Shown: positions 59,445-64,000 of the stretch, in pieces
How positions within the stretch are numbered: position 1 is the stretch's first letter
Layout: the number at the start of each line of letters is the position of its first letter
Assembly: GCA_027078745.1 (NCBI GenBank)
Contig: JALWWO010000019.1
Span: 354,596 to 418,595, forward strand
Length of the DNA stretch: 64,000 bases
Direction of reading: 5' to 3'
Source: Chromatiaceae bacterium
Lineage (GTDB): Bacteria > Pseudomonadota > Gammaproteobacteria > Chromatiales > Chromatiaceae
Program-made: the position numbers and the translations under genes
The notes under the pieces: model-generated
What the model saw: only the letters and a program-made list of their open reading frames with translations
Databases searched by the model: none
Told to the model about the DNA's origin: nothing

Positions 59445-60898
59445 GTGAAGAAATCCTCATCAATGTCACGCCACCGGAAACCCGCGTGGCCGTGGTGGAA
59501 AACGGGGTGGTGCAGGAGATCATCATCGAGCGCCAGGATCGTTGCGGCTTGGTGGGCAATATCTACAAGGGTCGGATCTGCCGAGTGCTTCCTGGCATGC
59601 AGGCAGCTTTCGTGGAGATCGGTTTGGAACGGGCTGCTTTCCTCCATACCTCCGACATCGCGGGTGCGGAAAATAGCGAGGTAACCGGCAACCAGATTCA
59701 TGAATTGGTGCGGGAAGGGGACAGCATCGTGGTGCAGGTGGTCAAAGATCCCTTGGGGAGCAAAGGGGCGCGGCTGACCACCAATATTTCCATTCCCTCC
59801 CGCTATCTGGTCTTCATGTCTACCCTCCGCAACATGGGGGTTTCCCAGAAAATCGAAGATGAAGAGGAACGGCGGCGGCTGCGGGAGATCCTGCAGCGCT
59901 ATGTCGCGGAAAACGGGGGAGAAGGGGGCTATATCGCGCGCACCGCAGCCGAGGGGATTTCTCAGGAAGCCTTGGTCAAGGACATGGAGTTTTTGGCAAA
60001 GCTCTGGAAAAACATCCGAGAGCGTTGCCAGCACATGGAGGAAATCGGCCTGGTACATGAAGATCTGCCCCTAGCCCTGCGGGCGCTGCGGGATCTGGTG
60101 AATCCCGAGGTAGAGCGGGTGCGCATCGATTCTCGGGAAACCCTGGAAAGAGCTTTGCTCTTTGCAGAACGCTATCTTCCCGATGTCAAGGATCGGATCG
60201 TTTATTACCAGGGCGAACGGCCCCTGTTCGATCTCTACGGCGTGGAGGATGAGATTCAGAAGGCCCTGCAACGCAAGGTGCAGTTGAAATCCGGCGGCCA
60301 TTTGGTCATCGATCAGACGGAGGCCATGACCACCATCGATGTGAACACCGGTGCCTTCGTGGGCTATCGCAATCTGGAAGAAACCATTTTTAAGACCAAT
60401 CTGGAAGCCGCCCAAGCCATCTGCCGCCAGCTTCGATTGCGCAACCTGGGGGGCATCATCATCATCGATTTCATCGATATGACCGACCCCGAGCACAAGC
60501 GACAGGTCCTGCGCGCCCTGGAAAAATGCCTCGCTAAGGATCATGCCAGAACCCAGCTCAGCGAGGTTTCTTCCCTGGGGCTGGTGCAGATGACCCGCAA
60601 GCGCACCCGAGAATCTTTGGAACACATCCTCTGTGAACCCTGTCCTTGCTGCAACGGACGGGGCACCCTCAAGACTGCGGAGACTACTTGCTACGAGATC
60701 TTCCGAGAGATCCTGCGGGAAGCCCGCCAATTCGAGGTGGAAACCCTGCTGGTGCTGGCCTCCCAAGAGGTGATCGACCGACTGCTCGATGAAGAATCCG
60801 GCCATCTGGCGGAGTTGGAAGAGTTCATCGGCAAACCCATCCGCTTGCAGGCGGAAGCGCTTTACACCCAAGAGCAATACGACGTGGTGTTGATTTGA
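59441..60898 (+). CDS. rng: Ribonuclease G
   Basis: S1 domain followed by the RNase E/G catalytic domain. Its ATG overlaps the maf stop codon (ATGA). Confidence 0.93.
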   Translation: MSEEILINVTPPETRVAVVENGVVQEIIIERQDRCGLVGNIYKGRICRVLPGMQAAFVEIGLERAAFLHTSDIAGAENSEVTGNQIHELVREGDSIVVQVVKDPLGSKGARLTTNISIPSRYLVFMSTLRNMGVSQKIEDEEERRRLREILQRYVAENGGEGGYIARTAAEGISQEALVKDMEFLAKLWKNIRERCQHMEEIGLVHEDLPLALRALRDLVNPEVERVRIDSRETLERALLFAERYLPDVKDRIVYYQGERPLFDLYGVEDEIQKALQRKVQLKSGGHLVIDQTEAMTTIDVNTGAFVGYRNLEETIFKTNLEAAQAICRQLRLRNLGGIIIIDFIDMTDPEHKRQVLRALEKCLAKDHARTQLSEVSSLGLVQMTRKRTRESLEHILCEPCPCCNGRGTLKTAETTCYEIFREILREARQFEVETLLVLASQEVIDRLLDEESGHLAELEEFIGKPIRLQAEALYTQEQYDVVLI

Positions 60899-61965
60899 CG
60901 GCGGACGAACTGCGGGCGCTGGTTCCCCAGATCCGGCGCTGGGCCCGGGCGCTGGGTTTTCAGCAATTGGGCATCGCAGATATCGATCTGTCCGAGGCGG
61001 AAGCGCGCCTGTTTCAATGGTTGCAGCGGGGCTATCAGGGGGAGATGCACTTCCTGCAGAAACACGGCACCAAGCGCAGCCGACCGGCGGAACTGGTGCC
61101 GGGGACCCTGCGAGTCCTCTGCGTGCGCATGGATTATCTGCCGGAATCCCAAGAACAGAGCCGGCAGCAGCTCGAAGACCCCCAGAGCGCTTTCATCGCT
61201 CGCTATGCCCTGGGTCGGGACTATCACCGGCTCATGCGCCGCCGTCTGCAACAGCTCGCCCAACGCATGGAAGCTCGGATCGGCCCCTTCCGCTATCGGG
61301 CCTTCGTGGATTCCGCGCCCGTGCTGGAAAAACCCCTGGCCCAGCAGGCGGGGTTGGGTTGGATGGGCAAGCATACGAACCTGATCCACCCTCGGGCCGG
61401 TTCCTGGTTTTTCTTGGGAGAACTCTATGTGGATCTGCCCTTGCCCCCAGATCCGCCTCAATCGAACCATTGCGGGCGCTGTCAAGCCTGTCTGGACGCC
61501 TGCCCCACGGGGGCAATCCTGGAGCCCTATGTGCTCGATGCGCGGCGGTGCATCGCCTATCTCACCATCGAATGGAAGGGCAGCATCCCCGAGGATCTGC
61601 GGCCCAAGCTGGGCAACCGCATCTACGGCTGCGACGATTGCCAGTTAGTCTGCCCCTGGAACCGATTTGCTCAGCGCACTCAGGAGCCGGATTTTCTGCC
61701 GAGGCAGGGATTGGATCGGGCATCGCTCCTCCAGCTGTTCCGATGGACGAAAGCGGAATTCTTGCGGCGCACGGAAGGCAGCCCCCTCCGCCGTCTGGGC
61801 TACACGGCTTGGCTTCGCAATCTGGCGGTTGCCCTGGGCAATGCGCCGCCCAGTGCACGGATCCGGGCCGCGTTACGGGAAAAACAGCACCATGAAAGCG
61901 AGCTCGTGCGGGAACATGTGACCTGGGCCTTAGCGCATCAAGCCCGGAAGAGCTGCGCCCGATAA
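60895..61965 (+). CDS. queG: Epoxyqueuosine reductase
   Basis: 4Fe-4S ferredoxin Cys clusters ([12 protein letters not shown]; [11 protein letters not shown]) and a QueG-like N-terminus. Confidence 0.9.
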   Translation: MTADELRALVPQIRRWARALGFQQLGIADIDLSEAEARLFQWLQRGYQGEMHFLQKHGTKRSRPAELVPGTLRVLCVRMDYLPESQEQSRQQLEDPQSAFIARYALGRDYHRLMRRRLQQLAQRMEARIGPFRYRAFVDSAPVLEKPLAQQAGLGWMGKHTNLIHPRAGSWFFLGELYVDLPLPPDPPQSNHCGRCQACLDACPTGAILEPYVLDARRCIAYLTIEWKGSIPEDLRPKLGNRIYGCDDCQLVCPWNRFAQRTQEPDFLPRQGLDRASLLQLFRWTKAEFLRRTEGSPLRRLGYTAWLRNLAVALGNAPPSARIRAALREKQHHESELVREHVTWALAHQARKSCAR

Positions 61966-62486
61966 TGGGCGAGCTCTGCGATGGACTCCCGCACGTCTGC
62001 CAGGGCCTGATGGGCACGTTGCTTCTGAAAGGCCTGGGCGACCTCCGGCTTCCAGCGTTGGGCGAGGATCTTGAGGGTGCTCACATCCAGGTTGCGATAG
62101 TGAAAATAGCGCTCTAACTCGGGCATGAGACGGGCGAGGAAGCGCCGATCCTGGCAGATGCTGTTTCCGCAGAGGGGGGAGGCCCCCGGCGGCACCCATT
62201 GGGCGAGGAACCGCAGGGTCTCCTGTTCCGCGGCCGCCGTGGTCCAAGGGCTCTTGCGCACCCGCTCGATGAGTCCAGAAGCCCTGTGGTGGCGTTGATT
62301 CCATTCGTCCATGCCGTCGAGCACCGCTTGGGGCTGGTGAATGGGAATCACGGGGCCTTCCGCTAAGATTTCCAGATCGCTGTTGGTGATGAGGGTGGCG
62401 ATCTCTAGGATCTGATCCCGATCCGGCATTAAGCCAGTCATCTCCAGATCCAGCCAGATCAGATGGTTTTTGTCCGGGGTGCTCAT
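61938..62486 (-). CDS. orn: Oligoribonuclease
   Basis: DEDDh exonuclease motifs (WLDLEMTGL...). Confidence 0.95.
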   Translation of the reverse strand: MSTPDKNHLIWLDLEMTGLMPDRDQILEIATLITNSDLEILAEGPVIPIHQPQAVLDGMDEWNQRHHRASGLIERVRKSPWTTAAAEQETLRFLAQWVPPGASPLCGNSICQDRRFLARLMPELERYFHYRNLDVSTLKILAQRWKPEVAQAFQKQRAHQALADVRESIAELAHYRAQLFRA

Positions 62487-63853
62487 GAACGGCGGTCCTT
62501 GATCTCGATGCCCAGGGTGCGCAGCTTGCGATAGAGATGGGTGCGTTCCATGCCGGCCTCCTTCGCCATCTTGCTCACATTGCCCCCGTGTTTGTCGAGC
62601 TGATATTCCAGATAGGCCTTCTCAAATTGCTCTCGTGCCTGGCGCAATGGCTGATCAAAGGAGACTAAGCCTTCTAAGGGTCGACTGAAAGCGGTGTTAG
62701 CAGTGCCTAAGGTCATCTCCACTTCGTCTTGGGTGATCTCCTCCCCAGCCCCTAGGATCAGCACCCGTTGCACCAGGTTCTTGAGTTCCCGCACGTTGCC
62801 CGGCCAGGGATAGTTCCGCAGATAGTTTTGGGCGGCCACGCTGAAGCGCCGATAGGGCAGCTTTTCATGGGTAGCGAAATAATCCACATAATAGTGGAGT
62901 AATTCGGGAACGTCCTCATTGTGATCCCGCAGGGGCGGTATGTGCAGGGGCACCACATTGAGATGATAGAAGAGATCCTCCCGAAACCGTCCTGCCTGCA
63001 CTTCTTCTTCCAGATTCCGCTGGGTGGCTGCGATGATGCGCACATCGATGGGCACTGGCTGCGTTCCTCCCACCCGTAGAAAGGAACCGGTCTCCAGCGC
63101 TCCCAGCAGCTGACTTTGAATCTCCAGATCCATATCCGCCACTTCGTCGAGCAACAAGGTGCCGCCGGCCGCCTGTTCCAAGCTGCCGTAGTGAATGTGG
63201 CCGTTCTGCTCGCTGCCGAAGAGCTCTCGGGCCGAGTTACCTCGAGTGATCCCCGACACTCCCAGATCGATGAAGGGGCGTTCTCTGCGGGCGCTCTGGG
63301 CGTGGAGATAGCGGGCGAAAGTCTCGCGACCGCTGCCCGCTTCGCCGGTGATGAGCACCCAGGTATCGTGCTGAGCGATGCGCTTCACCTGTTCCCGCAG
63401 ACGCTGCATGGCTGGGCTGCGGCCCACAGGCTCATGCGCGATCACTGTGCGCCGCCGCAGGCCGATGTTCTCCCGAGCGAGCTTGTCCGCCTCCAAAGCC
63501 CGCTCCAGAGTGACCAATAACTTGACCATGGAGAGAGGTTTTTCCAGAAAATCATAGGCGCCCAATCGGGTGGCCTCTACGGCGGTTTCCACGGTGCCAT
63601 GGCCGGACATCATGATGACGGGACAGGGCAAGCCGTCCTCTTCCACCCATTCTTTCAACAGGCTGATGCCGTCGAGATCGGGCATCCAGATATCCAAAAG
63701 GATCAGATCCGGGCGGCGTTCCCGCAGGGCTTGGCGGGCAAGGGTGCCGTTCTCCGCTACCCGAACTTCATAGCCTTCATCTTCCAAAATCTCTTGTACC
63801 AGGGTGCGAATGTCCGGTTCGTCGTCGACGACCAAGATGTGAATTGCGCTCAT
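62483..63853 (-). CDS. Sigma-54-dependent two-component response regulator (NtrC family)
   Basis: REC domain (ILVVDDEP...D), AAA+ sigma54-interaction domain with a GAFTGA-like loop, and a C-terminal Fis-type HTH. The ATG start is preferred over the upstream TTG. Confidence 0.9.
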   Translation of the reverse strand: MSAIHILVVDDEPDIRTLVQEILEDEGYEVRVAENGTLARQALRERRPDLILLDIWMPDLDGISLLKEWVEEDGLPCPVIMMSGHGTVETAVEATRLGAYDFLEKPLSMVKLLVTLERALEADKLARENIGLRRRTVIAHEPVGRSPAMQRLREQVKRIAQHDTWVLITGEAGSGRETFARYLHAQSARRERPFIDLGVSGITRGNSARELFGSEQNGHIHYGSLEQAAGGTLLLDEVADMDLEIQSQLLGALETGSFLRVGGTQPVPIDVRIIAATQRNLEEEVQAGRFREDLFYHLNVVPLHIPPLRDHNEDVPELLHYYVDYFATHEKLPYRRFSVAAQNYLRNYPWPGNVRELKNLVQRVLILGAGEEITQDEVEMTLGTANTAFSRPLEGLVSFDQPLRQAREQFEKAYLEYQLDKHGGNVSKMAKEAGMERTHLYRKLRTLGIEIKDRRS

Positions 63854-63861
63854 AGGTTGTC

Positions 63862-64000
63862 TCAAGGTGCTGGTGGCTTCTGTTTAGCAGGCGCCTCCGT
63901 GGGTCCTTGCCACAGGGGCAGGCGCATCACAAAGCGCGCGCCTTCCTCCAGATTTTCTGCCCAGATGATACCCCCATGTTCTTCTAGGATCTTCTTGACG
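63862..64000 (-). CDS. Sensor histidine kinase, C-terminal HATPase_c end (partial; continues beyond the window)
   Basis: The minus-strand translation ends ...VKKILEEHGGIIWAENLEEGARFVMRLPLWQGP...*. Its stop codon abuts the response-regulator start. Confidence 0.7.
   Translation of the reverse strand, partial: VKKILEEHGGIIWAENLEEGARFVMRLPLWQGPTEAPAKQKPPAP

Overview
This 64 kb window reads as a GC-rich (about 62-65%) gammaproteobacterial chromosome segment, mostly core housekeeping genes; coordinates below are approximate where only end-points are given. Recognisable blocks are the 3' end of dnaX with ybaB, a HIT protein and minCDE. A ubiG-gph block and aspS follow. A menaquinone-linked frdCAB-type quinol:fumarate reductase / succinate dehydrogenase operon sits next to menC and menE. 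The conserved rimP-nusA-infB-rbfA-truB-rpsO-pnp operon is present. Further along are parE, lpdA, the glycine cleavage genes (gcvT, gcvH, split gcvPA/gcvPB with tpx between them), dgkA, ruvB and ubiX. Four queuosine genes are scattered across the window (queF, queC, a two-domain queD, queG). The window ends with maf-rng, orn and a sigma54-type response regulator / histidine kinase pair. Three RNA genes are called: tRNA-Phe(GAA), tRNA-Thr(UGU) and an atypical Thr(GGU)-like cloverleaf. No transposases, integrases or CRISPR arrays are visible. Several features deserve a second look. (i) A tRNA-like cloverleaf with a non-canonical anticodon loop plus a GC-rich structured region sits directly upstream of an SPFH-domain protein and RtcB RNA ligase operon. 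(ii) Two tandem paralogous membrane-anchored proteins carry a methionine heptad (Met-zipper) coiled coil. (iii) Two separate secreted Gly/Tyr/Trp/Pro-rich low-complexity proteins resemble the sulfur-globule proteins of purple sulfur bacteria; together with cytochrome c4 they suggest a sulfur-oxidiser lineage. (iv) nusA carries a near-identical ~178 bp tandem duplication of its C-terminal acidic-repeat domain. (v) A fused HisH-HisF protein lies beside an ArnT-like / ArnC-like glycosyltransferase pair and a PqaA-family secreted protein with C-terminal tandem repeats. (vi) A hemerythrin-like gene sits in a lower-GC patch upstream of ruvB, with no adjacent ruvA.
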